In this document: piece after piece, positions 12,831 to 24,226 of the stretch | Numbering within the stretch: the stretch's first letter is position 1 | Layout: the number at the start of each line of letters is the position of its first letter | NCBI GenBank assembly: GCA_002269645.1 | Contig: NIVC01002640.1 | Coordinates: forward strand, 54,364-118,363 | Length of the DNA stretch: 64,000 nucleotides | Direction: 5' to 3' | Source of the DNA: Macrostomum lignano | Lineage: Eukaryota | Position numbers and translations under genes: made by a program | Notes under the pieces: generated by a model | Seen by the model: the letters and a program-made list of their open reading frames with translations, nothing else | Database searches by the model: none | What the model was told of the DNA's origin: nothing

Positions 12831-13401
12831 TGACCACGCAGAAAATATCAAACATTTAATCCTGAGTACTCCTTAATCTGCAGGCAGCTTAATCCCTCCC
12901 CACCTGTTCCAGCCGCTCTCTGCTCAGTCTCTGCAGCCCGCGACAGAGAACGATTGAGGGGGGGGGTAGCTTTCCCTCTTTCCCTCTCTGATCCCGGGGT
13001 GCGGGCAGACGGAGCAAGGAAGGGATTTTGATCATCATCAGTACAGCTGCTGCCGCTGCTCAGCGCCCCATCTCAGCATCCAGGCCGGCATCACCCACTC
13101 TGAGTCGTCCTTAGTTTATTCTAAAATCCGCGCAGGAGCCTCACGACAGCTGGGAGAGTTGGCGAGCGCGGCCCCATCCTCCCAGCCTCATGATTGCCTG
13201 GGTAGAGAAATATTTCAATTAGAAAATTGTCGCATAAAACGGAACATTCCGGTTAGTAACGGCTGCGGCGCTTGAAGTTTATAATTGCTCTCCACTTTGG
13301 CTTGAGCTGGCAAAGCTGTTTTTGCGAGGAGCCCGCTGAGACTAAATTGCTCTGCCGTATTCCCCTGTGCTCATTTTGCCGCGCCTTTGCCTTCATTCCA
13401 G

Positions 13402-13538
13402 ACTGTGCGACGATGCCTCAAGTCGATGGCTGAGTCTGAGGCGGCTTCATCAGTTGAAGAGTACAGAGAGTGCGGATCAGCAGCAACAGCAACTTCGTAA
13501 TAGAGACTTTTTGAGCTCGCTGATTGACAAGCTTTCTG
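13402..13538 (+). CDS. Probable upstream exon of the SYTL-like gene
   Basis: Acceptor ccttcattccag|, frame [45 protein letters not shown], donor G|GTGAGA. Phase 2 in, phase 1 out. Confidence 0.55.
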
Positions 13539-13549
13539 GTGAGAGACCA

Positions 13550-13620
<71 letters not shown>

Positions 13621-13621
13621 C

Positions 13622-13653
<32 letters not shown>

Positions 13654-13705
13654 GTCTATCTATCTATCTATCTATCTATCAATCTATCTATCTATCTATC
13701 TATCC

Positions 13706-13784
<79 letters not shown>

Positions 13785-13785
13785 C

Positions 13786-13867
<82 letters not shown>

Positions 13868-13880
13868 CATCTATCTATCA
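13550..13880. repeat. (TCTA)n microsatellite
   Basis: Directly visible, intronic. Confidence 0.98.
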
Positions 13881-14013
13881 TCTTTCTCGGACCAGAACCC
13901 ATGCGACCCAAAGGCTGCATGAGCCGCATGCGTTTCTATGTCTTCTGCTTTTGTTTGAAGGAAGCCCTTGAAGACAGGCAGCTACAGCTTGGGCTAAGAA
14001 TTGCTGCTTCTAG

Positions 14014-14685
14014 GAAGAGCCTCCTCAGCAAGTGCTCCATCACAGCTTGTCAATTCACTGTTTGCCATGGCGCCCCCCCCCCTGGCCCGCCAGTCCTCAA
14101 CTCGCATTATCCCATTTGTTCCCCCGAGTATCAGAAATGCCTGGGAAGCGACCTCGCTGCCACCTGCGCCGCGCCGCTTTGGCAAGGCAGTCGGGGATGG
14201 AAGGCAGCTCAGCTGAGCTGTTTGGCTCAGGCCCTGCCGGCAGGCTATCAGGCGGCCTGCATGCCGGTTGAGGTCGGGACGCCCAACTGGCTTATCTCAG
14301 TTTTCCACGCGCCCCAACCGACGATAAAAGAAGCCCCCCCCCCAGAATCCGCCTTCCTCATCAATTGCCGCCGCTGCCTCTCGCACAATTCAAGGCAGCC
14401 TGTCGGGTGTCGGATCGGCCGAGTCGGACAGCTCGCCGGCTTCTCGACGTTCAACGGACTTCAATCGGCAGCCGTCGCAGAACAGCCAGCAGCAGCAGCA
14501 GCTGGAGGATCCGCAGCAGCTTCTGACCTACCGCCTGTTCAACAAGACGCGGCCCCGAAGATTCAAGGACAGTCCGCCGGCCGCCGCCGCTGCCGACGCA
14601 GGCTCCGACTCAGGCGCCGACGGTGCGCCCGCCGAAGCTGTCGGGTCAGAAGACGCCGGCCTGGCGCGGTCGGAAGAGGCACCGG
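14014..14685 (+). CDS. Probable SYTL-like exon with apparent compensating frameshifts
   Basis: Acceptor ttgctgcttctag|. The 3' part reads FNRQPSQNSQQQQQLEDPQQLLTYRLFNKTRPRRFKDSPP...SEEAP. Donor G|GTGAGA is phase-matched to the exon at 14911. This frame has stops at 14214 and 14325 between two C10 runs. Confidence 0.5.
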
Positions 14686-14910
14686 GTGAGAAGAGTTTTC
14701 GACTATTTACTGCGATAGACGGGCGGTTTTATTCATGAGTATGGAGCGATCTGATATGAGAGCGATTCTGAGATTGAGAGGGAGATGGACGATCGTTGCG
14801 CTCCCCAGCCTGAGATAAGACTAGCTGGGGGCGTCTACTGCAGTATTTGCCATGCAATCAATTCTCCCAATCCTCTCCTCTATCCGCGCCGCCTCCTCTC
14901 CCTCGCGCAG

Positions 14911-15484
14911 ACATTGTGAGATTCCTGCTAGACCGCCAGGCCAAGTGCTGGCCCGACCCCGTCAGCAATGGGTCCGTGACGCATTTTGGTAAGCGCGCTT
15001 TGGTGATCGGCCGAGTGCCTCTCATTCTCTGCCTCCAGAAAGCTTCAAATTCTGACAAACTCGCAGGCCACCCAATTTTCGAGCGGTCGCCATCCCGCGC
15101 CGCCCCTGCTGAGTCCGACCTCGCCCAAGCTTCATCACAGGCGGAGGCTGGAGCGGTGGAGCGGGCTACGACGTTGCGGACTCTGCAGACGGAACCCCGG
15201 CCAGTGGTCGCAGCGCACAACCTCGACAGCGGCGGCTGCAATGTCGCTGTGTCGCCTCGTGCGGTGTCGCCCTGTCTGTCGACAGCGGCGGCAGCGGCAG
15301 CGACGGCGTCACCGGTGGCCAGCGACTCCGGCCGGCGGACCGAAGCCTGCGAGGAAGACGACGAAGGTTGCGGTGCGGTGAAACTGGCGCTGGACTTCAA
15401 CTTCAAGACGTCCGCCTTCGCTGTGCACATCATCGAGTGCCGGGACCTGCCGGCTGCCGATGCCCGCCGCGGGCGCACCGATTG
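14911..15484 (+). CDS. Synaptotagmin-like protein (Slp/SYTL, bitesize-like): linker and start of C2A
   Basis: Acceptor cctcgcgcag|. Ends GAVKLALDFNFKTSAFAVHIIECRDLPAADARRGRTD, the C2 beta1-beta2 region. Donor TG|GTGAGT. Confidence 0.85.
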
Positions 15485-16092
15485 GTGAGTGCCGAGGGGG
15501 CGGATTGGTGAGTGCCGAGGGGGCGGATTGGTGAGTGCCGAGAGGGCGGATTGGTGAGTGCCGAGGGGGCGGATTGGTGAGTGCCGAGGGGGCGGATTGG
15601 TGAGTGCCGAGAGGGCGGATTGGTGAGTGCCGAGGGGGCGGATTGGTGAGTGCCGAGGGGGCGGATTGGTGAGTGCCGAGGGGGCGGATTGGTGAGTGCC
15701 GAGGGGGCGGATTGGTGAGTGCCGAGGGGGCGGATTGTTGAGTGCCGAGGGGGCGGATTGTTGAGTGCCGAGGGGGCGGATTGGTGAGTGCCGAGAGGGC
15801 GGATTGGTGAGTGCCGAGGGGGCGGATTGGTGAGTGCCGAGGGGGCGGATTGGTGAGTGCCGAGGGGGCGGATTGGTGAGTGCCGAGGGGGCGGATTGGT
15901 GAGTGCCGAGAGGGCGGATTGGTGAGTGCCGAGGGGGCGGATTGGTGAGTGCCGAGGGGGCGGATTGGTGAGTGCCGAGAGGGCGGATTGGTGAGTGCCG
16001 AGGGGGCGGATTGGTGAGTGCCGAGGGGGCGGATTGGTGAGTGCCGAGGGGGCGGATTGGTGAGTGCCGAGGGGGCGGATTGGTGAGTGCCG
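15481..16092 (+). repeat. 23-bp minisatellite (attggtgagtgccgagggggcgg), ~26 copies, each containing the exon's 5' splice site
   Basis: The first unit overlaps the exon end ATTG|GTGAGT. Confidence 0.97.
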
Positions 16093-16155
16093 ATGTGATT
16101 GCTGGCGAGGTGTTCACGTGGCTGATCACGTGACTTCTGGCTGCCCTGCCCGCAG

Positions 16156-16258
16156 CTACGTGAAGACCTGCCTGCTGCCGGACCAAACGCGCGGCGCGAA
16201 GCGTCGCACGAAGGTGAAGAAGAATTCGCTGTGCCCCATCTTCGATGAGAAGCTGAAG
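16156..16258 (+). CDS. SYTL-like C2A exon
   Basis: YVKTCLLPDQTRGAKRRTKVKKNSLCPIFDEKLK is the typical Slp C2A motif. Canonical ag/gt boundaries, phases consistent. Confidence 0.92.
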
Positions 16259-16377
16259 GTAAAGAGCTTATTTCCATTTCAAACCAGAAATGCCTGTACA
16301 GTGCAATTTCAGCCTGGTTAGGGAGTTCCGATACATAGTTTGGTCTTTTGGGTTTGACTTCACCTAAAACCCAAAAC

Positions 16378-16570
16378 CACCCCAACCAATTAGCCAACCC
16401 CAACCAATTAGCCAACCCCAACCAATTAGCCACTCCAACCAATTAGCCACCCCAGTCACCCAGCCACCCCAACCAATTAGCCACCCCAGTCACCCAGCCA
16501 CCCCAACCAATTAGCCACCCCAGTCACCCAGCCACCCCAACCAATCAGTCACCCCAGTCACCCAGCCACT
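16378..16570. repeat. 17-/13-bp C-rich minisatellite (ccaaccaattagccacc / ccagtcacccagcc)
   Basis: Tandem units directly upstream of the 16586 acceptor. Confidence 0.9.
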
Positions 16571-16585
16571 CCACCCCCACCCCAG

Positions 16586-16962
16586 TACCGGATCAGCGCG
16601 CCGGACCTGGAGACCAGGAAGCTGCGAGTGTCGGCCTGGCACAGCTCGGCACTGCTGCAGCCGGACCGGCCTCTTGGCGAGCTGGAGATTTCTCTCACCT
16701 CCGCGCAGCTCGACTGCCGCGAGGCGCGCTGGTTCCGCTTTCGGGCTCCCGCTGAGCCGGCCGCCTCCAAGCTGCAGCTGGCGCACCGGAAGTACATCGG
16801 CGAGTTGACGCTGTCGCTGAAGTACGTCACCGCCGGCAGCGTCAGCATCACCGACATCCGGCAGGTGGCCAGCCGCGGCGAGCTGCGCGTCTGGATCAAG
16901 GAGGCCCGCAACCTCGCGTCCGGGCGGCTGGGGGCGGTGGCAGCGGATCCCTACGTGAAGCT
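16586..16962 (+). CDS. SYTL-like exon: end of C2A, linker, start of C2B
   Basis: YRISAPDLETRKLRVSAWH...LGELEISL...WFRF; GELTLSLKYV...GELRVWIKEARNL...ADPYVK. Donor CT|GTGAG. Confidence 0.92.
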
Positions 16963-17021
16963 GTGAGCTGGAGCGGTGGCTTGGTTGACTGGGGGATTGC
17001 TAGTATCGGTGGGAAGATGGC

Positions 17022-17660
17022 GGATCAATGGATTATCGATAGAAGGCAGTGGATTATCGATAGTAGGCAGTGGATTATCGATAGAAGACAGTATATATTG
17101 TCGATAGAAGACAGTGGATTGTCGATAGAAGGCAGTGGATTATCGATAGTAGGCAGTGGATTATCGATAGTAGGCAGTGGATTATCGATAGAAGACAGTA
17201 TATATTGTCGATAGAAGACAGTGGATTGTCGATAGAAGGCAGTGGATTATCGATAGTAGGCAGTGGATTATTGATAGAAGGCAGTGGATTATCGATAGAA
17301 GACAATGGATTGTCGATAGAAGACAGTGGATTATCGATAGAAGAAATTGGATTATCAATAGAAGACAATGTATTATCGATAGAAGGCAATGGATTATTGA
17401 TTGAAGACAGTGGATTATCGATAGAAGACATTAGATTATCGATAGAAGACAGTGGGTTATCGATAAAAGACAATGGATTGTCGATAGAAGACAGTGAATT
17501 GTCGATAGAAGAAATTGGATTATCAATAGAAGACAATGTATTATCGATAGAAGGCAATGGATTATGGATTGAAGACAGTGGATTATCGATAGAAGACATT
17601 AGATTATCGATAGAAGACAGTGGGTTATCGATAAAAGACCATGGATTATTGATAGAAAGC
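17022..17660. repeat. 21-bp minisatellite (tggattatcgatagaaggcag), ~30 copies
   Basis: Directly visible. The SIEDSGL/SSIDNPL ORFs are repeat translations. Confidence 0.95.
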
Positions 17661-17747
17661 AATGGATTACTGTGGACTCTAATGGGTTACAGATAATGCA
17701 TTCTGTATTCAATGGCATGCAGTTTAGCAACCCGCCGCACCCCGCAG

Positions 17748-17986
17748 CTGCCTGCTCCCCGTCCCCGGACAGCCCGGCGGCTTGGCCAGCAAGCTGCGAA
17801 CTCCGCCGGTTCGCCGGTCCTGCAGCCCGGTCTGGAATCTGGTGCTGAAGTTCGAGAATGTCTCAGTCGCTGAACTGCACTCCCGCCGGCTGGAGTTGAC
17901 GGTATGGGACAAGTACCGGCTGGTGCCGGGAACAAAGACCTGCCTGGGCTGCGTGCTGCTGCAGTGCGACCACGACGGGGCTCTGG
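17748..17986 (+). CDS. SYTL-like C2B exon
   Basis: CLLPVPG...KLRTPPVRRSCSPVWNLVLKFENVSVAELHSRRLELTVWDK...LGCVLL. Canonical boundaries. Confidence 0.92.
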
Positions 17987-18047
17987 GTGAGCGGCGGGGT
18001 GGCAGCTAGCTGTGTATGATGGAGGGTTCGACTAATATGAGATGCTG

Positions 18048-18328
18048 GGGGTGGCAGTCTGTGGTTAGAGTCGGACTCACGACTGGAAGGTCGGGGGTTC
18101 GATTCCCGACCCACTCGGAACAATTTGTGTCCTCGAGCAAGACACTTAACTCTGCAATGCTTCAGTTCACCCAGCTGTAAAATGGGTGCCAGGATTAGCT
18201 GGGGTAATTGTGTGTGGCGACCCCCCTGCAGCTCCTTGAACTGAACAGCCGTACGCAGTCTTCAGATGCGCCGCGCAATTTGCGCCCATTACGGCAGGTG
18301 TAACTGTGAAATCCATTATTATTATTAT
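18048..18328 (+). mobile_element. tRNA-derived CORE-like SINE, copy 1
   Basis: A-box-like tggcagtctgtgg and B-box ggttcgattccc, then gtgtcctcgagcaagacacttaac...cttcagttcacccagctgtaaaatggg (resembles the MIR CORE domain) and an (ATT)n tail. A second copy lies at 38092-38685. Confidence 0.85.
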
Positions 18329-18537
18329 GAGGGTTGAAGAAGTTTCTGAACAATTGAATGGTTTATATGGCATTGGTTTATTATACATGTATGAATGAAG
18401 TTTATCTCATTGGTTTAATTACATGTATAACATTAGTTTTATCCCACCCTGGATGATTGATACCTACAAGTGATTTTTAGGGACTGAGTCACTGATTATG
18501 AGAAAGTACTAACCGCTCCCTCTCCCATACCGCGCAG

Positions 18538-18689
18538 CCTCATCCGCAGTCTCCTCGTCGCTGAGCCCGTCTCAAGCCCGCCAGTCGGCGGAGTCGCGCA
18601 TGTGGCGCACCGTACTGCAGCGGCACAACGTCTGGATTGACGGCAACTTTCTGCTGCGTGAGCCGGCGCCCAGCTCGGACTGTCAGTGA
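18538..18689 (+). CDS. SYTL-like terminal exon
   Basis: AESRMWRTVLQRHNVWIDGNFLLR resembles the Slp C-terminal W..M...P..W.E..L.LR motif. TGA at 18687-18689, phase matched. Confidence 0.85.
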
Positions 18690-19286
18690 CGCTGGCGGCT
18701 GCGCAGTTGTTGCTAAAGGGCAGCCGGCAGTGCTATAAACCGGTTCAGCATACATGAGCTACTAATTATCCTGCCCGCGGAAATTCTTTCTTAAGCATTT
18801 CTTCATTGTAAAATTCGTTGCGTTGTCAAGCAATCCATATAGAAATATTCCCAATACACATTAAATCAGCTTTTGTAACATTTTCCGCCGTTATCTCAAT
18901 TTCGCAAATAATTATTGTCAGAGTGCTTAATAATTAATTTAAATTCCTACACATACTCGATATGTGCTACTTATTCTGCAGGGCAGTAGCAGCATGTGTA
19001 CACAAGAGGCTTTGAATCTGATAGTAATCATTGTTTTATCGATCAATAGGTAACTTTCACGCGTGTTGATGTGACGCATCTCGGTTGCTGGATTCAGGAT
19101 AAACCAAAAATTGTCTGCTTTAAACTGGAGTTTTGACAAGAATTTTCAAATATAGAATAAATTATTATATCTCGCCGTTACAAGTGCTGTGAAATTTTAC
19201 ATTGCACTACAGACAGAAAATCAATTCTACGCTTATTTGTTACTATTCTAATCAGGACTTTCAGTGAATCGATAACACAAATATAA

Positions 19287-19661
19287 CTGGATGGGCCACT
19301 CAGGCATGTATACGTGGTAAAGCAGCTTTCTACTTTCAGTTCAGTAGCAAAGAAGAGTACATAAGCTATTTTATAAAAATAAAGGCAGCTGGAATGATTT
19401 TAATAAGTTTAGACAACTTCCTAATTGGTTCAGCAATAGTGTACATTAGCCACTCCACTGAAATCTACATGGCAGCTTAAGGCAATAAAAATTTGGGCAG
19501 TGTAGGGGGTATTGTGGAAAGGCGCGGTTGGAGGGTTTAAGCCGGGGGGTTAAGAGCCAATAAGTAAGCCTTGGCTTTAAAAATACATTAAAATGCTTCT
19601 GTTTAACTTACTACTGAACTGAAAGTAGCTTACATGAAAATGTGCTGAGTGGCCTATCTAG
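19287..19661. mobile_element. ~375-bp MITE (Harbinger/Tourist-like), copy 1
   Basis: TIRs ctggatgggccactcag / ctgagtggcctatctag flanked by TAA on both sides. An inverted second copy lies at 35642-36023. Confidence 0.8.
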
Positions 19662-20170
19662 TAATTGTGTAAGTATCTGTGATCGATAAGAAACCACAAA
19701 TTTAAGGACAAACAATATGAAATTGATTTTCCAGATGGCCAGCCAGCACGGCTTGGCACGGATTCAAAGAGCAAGCTTTAGCCGCCCAATTTAGCTTATT
19801 GTATTTCAGACATTGTATTATTGGTAACAGGCTAGAGCGGGAGCAAAACAATTCGCTATAAATTCAGTGCTAAGCGGTTTACAACAGCGGAACAGAAAAA
19901 TTAGTGAGAGTGTAAGGAACGGCCAGACGAAACGTGAATAAGAATGGCAGAATTTCACTAGATTAGATTTTCTTACCTAAAGTTACAACAAAACAAGCGT
20001 CAGTTTCTATGCGTACAGATAGACTATAGTTCAATAAAATCTTGAATTATTGAAATAGCGGATACGATGCGGATTCACAACACAACACATGGTCTAATTA
20101 TTAGGCGTTAAACAGGAAATCAAGACCCGAAACCGAGAATCAGAGTTGCGAGTAAGTTTAGATCCCAGAT

Positions 20171-20601
20171 TCAGCGCTTGCCAGCCCCCGAGCCGGTGCT
20201 GAGCAGGGCCACAAAGCCAGACGAGAGCAGCATGGACAGCAGGTAATTCACCAAATTCGAGCTGGAGCGCAGCAGAAAGAAGGACAGGAACACCACTAGC
20301 AGCAGGAAGATGACATTGTTGAAGAAGATTGAGAACGTGGTGGCTTCATAGTCAGCAACTTCGTTCTTGCGCCACAGCAGCATGTCATCGCGCTCCTTCT
20401 TGCTGACCTTCTTGCCCTTGGGCGCCTCCTGGGTGAGCTCCTGGCTGATGGCATCCTCGCGCACCTGGCTAATGCGGTGCTTAACCACAAATTTTACATT
20501 CTTGTAGGCGAAGGCGATCAGATAGGAGCAGCCGAGGACCACAGCAGCAAACAGAGGAGCATTCTGGTAGGGGTCCATCATGTGGATGCGCCAGAACAGC
20601 A
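20171..20601 (-). CDS. SSR3: Translocon-associated protein subunit gamma (TRAP-gamma), exon 2
   Basis: AFAYKNVKFVVKHRI..REDA; LLWRKNEVADYEATTFSIFFNN; NYLLSM..SSGFVALLSTGS are SSR3 signatures. Acceptor aatcccacag|. Confidence 0.97.
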
Positions 20602-21495
20602 CTGTGGGATTGGTGGGGGTTGTGAACTTACATGCCTGACTTTAGAAGTAAACATATGCAATGTTATATAGGTCATAACTGATATTGGCCTTATTGGAGC
20701 AAATTAAAAAATGCATGGATATCCTATAGAGCATGCAAGTGTGCAAGAAAACTTTGTCCTGGGCCTGCAGCTATACAAGTCATAAGAACATATTTTTTAA
20801 AGTTATCTAAACTTTATTCAGTTTTTTTGTTATTCTTCAAGCAATAGAAACAGGCTTTTATGCTATCTGGGTTTGAAGATTTTTCAAGTCAGAATTTAAA
20901 CAAGTTAATTGACAAGCTATAGAGCCTGTTCTACAATATGCTCTATGATAAAAAAATATAGATGGAATATTTGAAAATTCAAGTTAGATGCATTGTCACC
21001 TCTAAGGAAAAATCTGCAGAGAGGAATGCCCATTCTGCCTTTCCAGTATTGAGAATATAGAACACTTTATCTGTAAATGCCTTGCCTTTATTCAGGATAG
21101 GCTTACCTACCTTTGCCCAAACCTGGACCTTTGACATTTTTAGGCCCAAGAATCTCTACCAGCTTGTCCACTACCTAAAGGCTATCAGAAAAGCAACAAT
21201 CTGTTTCCTAGACTCTTTGATAGGGGACTGCACTATAGACACTGGCACTACTAGAACTCTATATAACATTGCAGCACTAGCTACTCATGGTTGCCAGGGG
21301 TTAGCAAAATGGGCAGCAATGTCTCCTTGCTATTTCTAGATACACAAAGTCCCCTATAGCTAAGTCAACAGTTTTGTCAAAAATGTTATTGCCAATATAA
21401 ATGAGAGATTACAATATGTCATAATTATGTGCCAAGTGCATTTGCAACCCTTTGTATACATTGTAACTATATGATAAGTGCATGTAAGACTCTTT

Positions 21496-21755
21496 GGGCG
21501 TTTTCATATTGCTTGCTCTGGTTCCAGAACCAGAACCAATTTGTGAAGTATAACTTTTTGTCTCCATAACTAGAGGGAGATACGTGCTATAAAGTTTTTA
21601 TTATTGAATGACAATCGCCAAGAAGAAAGTGAAAAATTGTACTAAGTTAGGTTGTTAAGGCAGTCAAATATTACCAGAGTTTAATAGTTATACTGCTGTT
21701 TTTCTTGGAATTCCAAACCGATTCTGGTTCTGGAATTGGTAATATGAAAAGGCCC
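21496..21755. mobile_element. 260-bp MITE with 3-bp TSD (Harbinger-like) in the SSR3 intron
   Basis: TIRs gggcgttttcatattg / taatatgaaaaggccc with inner ctggttccagaacc-type inverted motifs. TTT on both flanks. Confidence 0.75.
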
Positions 21756-22308
21756 TTTCTATATGGCAAAATCCAAAAATGTGGGATAAAATGGTAAAAC
21801 AATTTTGTGAACATTTGATGGAAGGTAATGTATCTAAAAAAGCTTTTTGAAAGATAGATAAGACTTTAAAAACAGTTCTGAATAAAAACTATTGTTTTAA
21901 TGCTTTACATCACTGAATAAATAAGTAAAAAACACAAAAAGCCAAGTCTGAGTTGCAATGCAACTATATAATATAGATAGAATATATAACATAGACTAGA
22001 AAAAATACTTATGACATATGATATAGAAACTTTTTTGTTATAGATATACTTGAAATTTTGACAAAATTCTTACTGTTTTTACTTTTTCAACAATTTAGCT
22101 TTACTGCTCCTAGTAAAAAATAACTTTTTTTAATACTAACTAATAGCCACATCATAATATCCATTATAATTTAAATTATTATAATTATATGAATAAATGC
22201 AGTTTAACATTCAAAATGCTTTCATGTTTCGATTAATTGAGCAAAACCCAATAATAAGATAATAATAACTCTAACTTGTAAATCTAAACAAAACTAACTG
22301 CAACTTAC

Positions 22309-22432
22309 TGATTGGTACAGCCGAGACAATTAGTCCATTTCCATAGAACAGTGCGTTCGATTTTGTTGATAGACTTCTACTGTAGTCTTGAAGAAGAATA
22401 TCTTCTTGTTTAGAGGTAAGCTTTTTTGACAT
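22309..22432 (-). CDS. SSR3: TRAP-gamma exon 1
   Basis: [41 protein letters not shown] matches the SSR3 N-terminus. Donor A|GTAAGT in phase 1 joins exon 2 to give a 184-aa protein. Confidence 0.95.
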
Positions 22433-23090
22433 TGTAGTTTTAGCTTAGAAGACTTAGAAGAAAACCTTTACACTTTTACCAGAATATCTATAATTAAACC
22501 AACTCAGAGACGAGTAGTGCGCTATAAACTAACAGTTCGTGTGGTTAACTCAGCAAAATCGAATATTTAAAAAAATAAGTGTAAGTTAAAACAAACTTTT
22601 GTTTACTAGAACTATCTTTATAATCATCTAGTTATTTATTCAACATCATGAATAAATGAAAATGCTGTTTTTGTGATATCAACTTAATAAGCAAATTTCC
22701 TTTGTGATAAGGAAAAAAGTACGTAATGAAGACTTAGGAATAGTACGCAGCTCTAAAAAGTCGGCGCTTATTCTCTGGACCCCCTGTTGAATGTTTCTGT
22801 TTCCGCAGTCCGCTGTTCATCCGCGTTTTAACCAGTATATCCATTCCGAATCTGCATCCGTTTCCGCCATCGGCTTCCATGCATTTCGGTGCCCATGCAG
22901 ATGCTTTTCGGTGCCAGGCATTTCGGTGCCCCAGTTTGCTTTTCGGTACCCCAGTTTGCTTTTCGGTGCCAAACTTGAATATGACGCTAAATCAGTAATT
23001 GATAAGTTATATTAAGATATAAGGTATTATTTTCTCTGTTTTCTGAAATAGCACAAAGCAGCTGCAAATTACTGATCTTCGAGTCCGGAT

Positions 23091-23757
23091 CTTCGAGCCC
23101 TTCGAGGCATCCTGCCTGAGGCGAACCCATCAGTTTTTGTTATGGATTACGAAGCCGCAGCATGGATAGCAGCACGTCAAGTTTTCCCCCAAAGTCGGAT
23201 CATCGGTTGCAGCTTTCATTGGACACAGGCTGTATTTAGAAAAATCCAGGCCCTTGGTCTCCAAAGAGTCTAATTACAACCGTGACGAAATGACACGCAG
23301 CTTTTGCCGGAGGCTAATGGCCTTACACTAATTACCCGCTGCGAATATTATTTCAGTCTTCAACGATTTAGAGACCAGCGATGTAAGCATAAATTATAAA
23401 AGGGACATGTACCCTATTACATGTAACATGTACAATTCCTTTCAGGTTGTTCAAGGTGACAATCGCCTCATCGAGCTGTGCGCCTACGTGCGAAGCACTT
23501 GGCTTTCAAACGCCATGTGGACTCCGGAGAATATCAGTGTCTTCGGTCGGTCAATCCGAACAAATAATGATGTGGAAGGCTACCACAGGCGCTTGAACGG
23601 CAAAGCTGGACGCGGCAAGCTGCAATTTTACGTACTGTTGCGCTTGCTCTTCGATGAGGCTACTACCTCAATATCCCTGCAAGCGCAGCTTGTCTCACAA
23701 GGTGCGTTGCGCCGCAGGCAGCGTGCAGCCTACCGGACATGCCAATTAAGCTATTAA
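23091..23757 (+). pseudogene. Mutator-like (MULE) DDE transposase fragment, decayed
   Basis: VMDYEAAAWIAARQVFPQSRIIGCSFHWTQAV and RTNNDVEGYHRRLN are MULE motifs. Contains stops, a frameshift and a GT-AG intron at 23383-23445. The 5' catalytic part is absent. A tttcggtgcc repeat cluster lies at ~22880-22975. Confidence 0.88.
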
Positions 23758-24226
23758 TATTCACAACGCTTGGGGTCAGCTAGACGACAAGTTAATCACA
23801 CCTAACAACTTTTAGCTATCTGCAGTCGCTTTGTGGGATATTAACCAATACGACAATTTCATTCGATCAGCAACGATTTTAGCAGTTCTTTTAGGAATTT
23901 AATTGGCTACTAGTTCTAATTAAGCTTATAAGAGCTGTATCAGAAGTAGAAAAATGAATCTTGAATATTAAATTCAACAAAATAAATAATAATAATAACA
24001 GAACGAAAACTAATGATAAACTAACGGTCGTTTGACAAATAAAAATTAAATTGATACGTTGGCTATCTAGCTATTTAAAGACCATGGGTCCGTCCTATAA
24101 AGCCATCATAAGATAAGATCCTAATTCTTAGCTTCTATCTCAGCAGTGTAAAAGTTCCGACGTACGATCCAACTTATGTACGACAGCTTTATAGTCGACC
24201 CCTATTCTTAGAATACTTTTGCGCTT

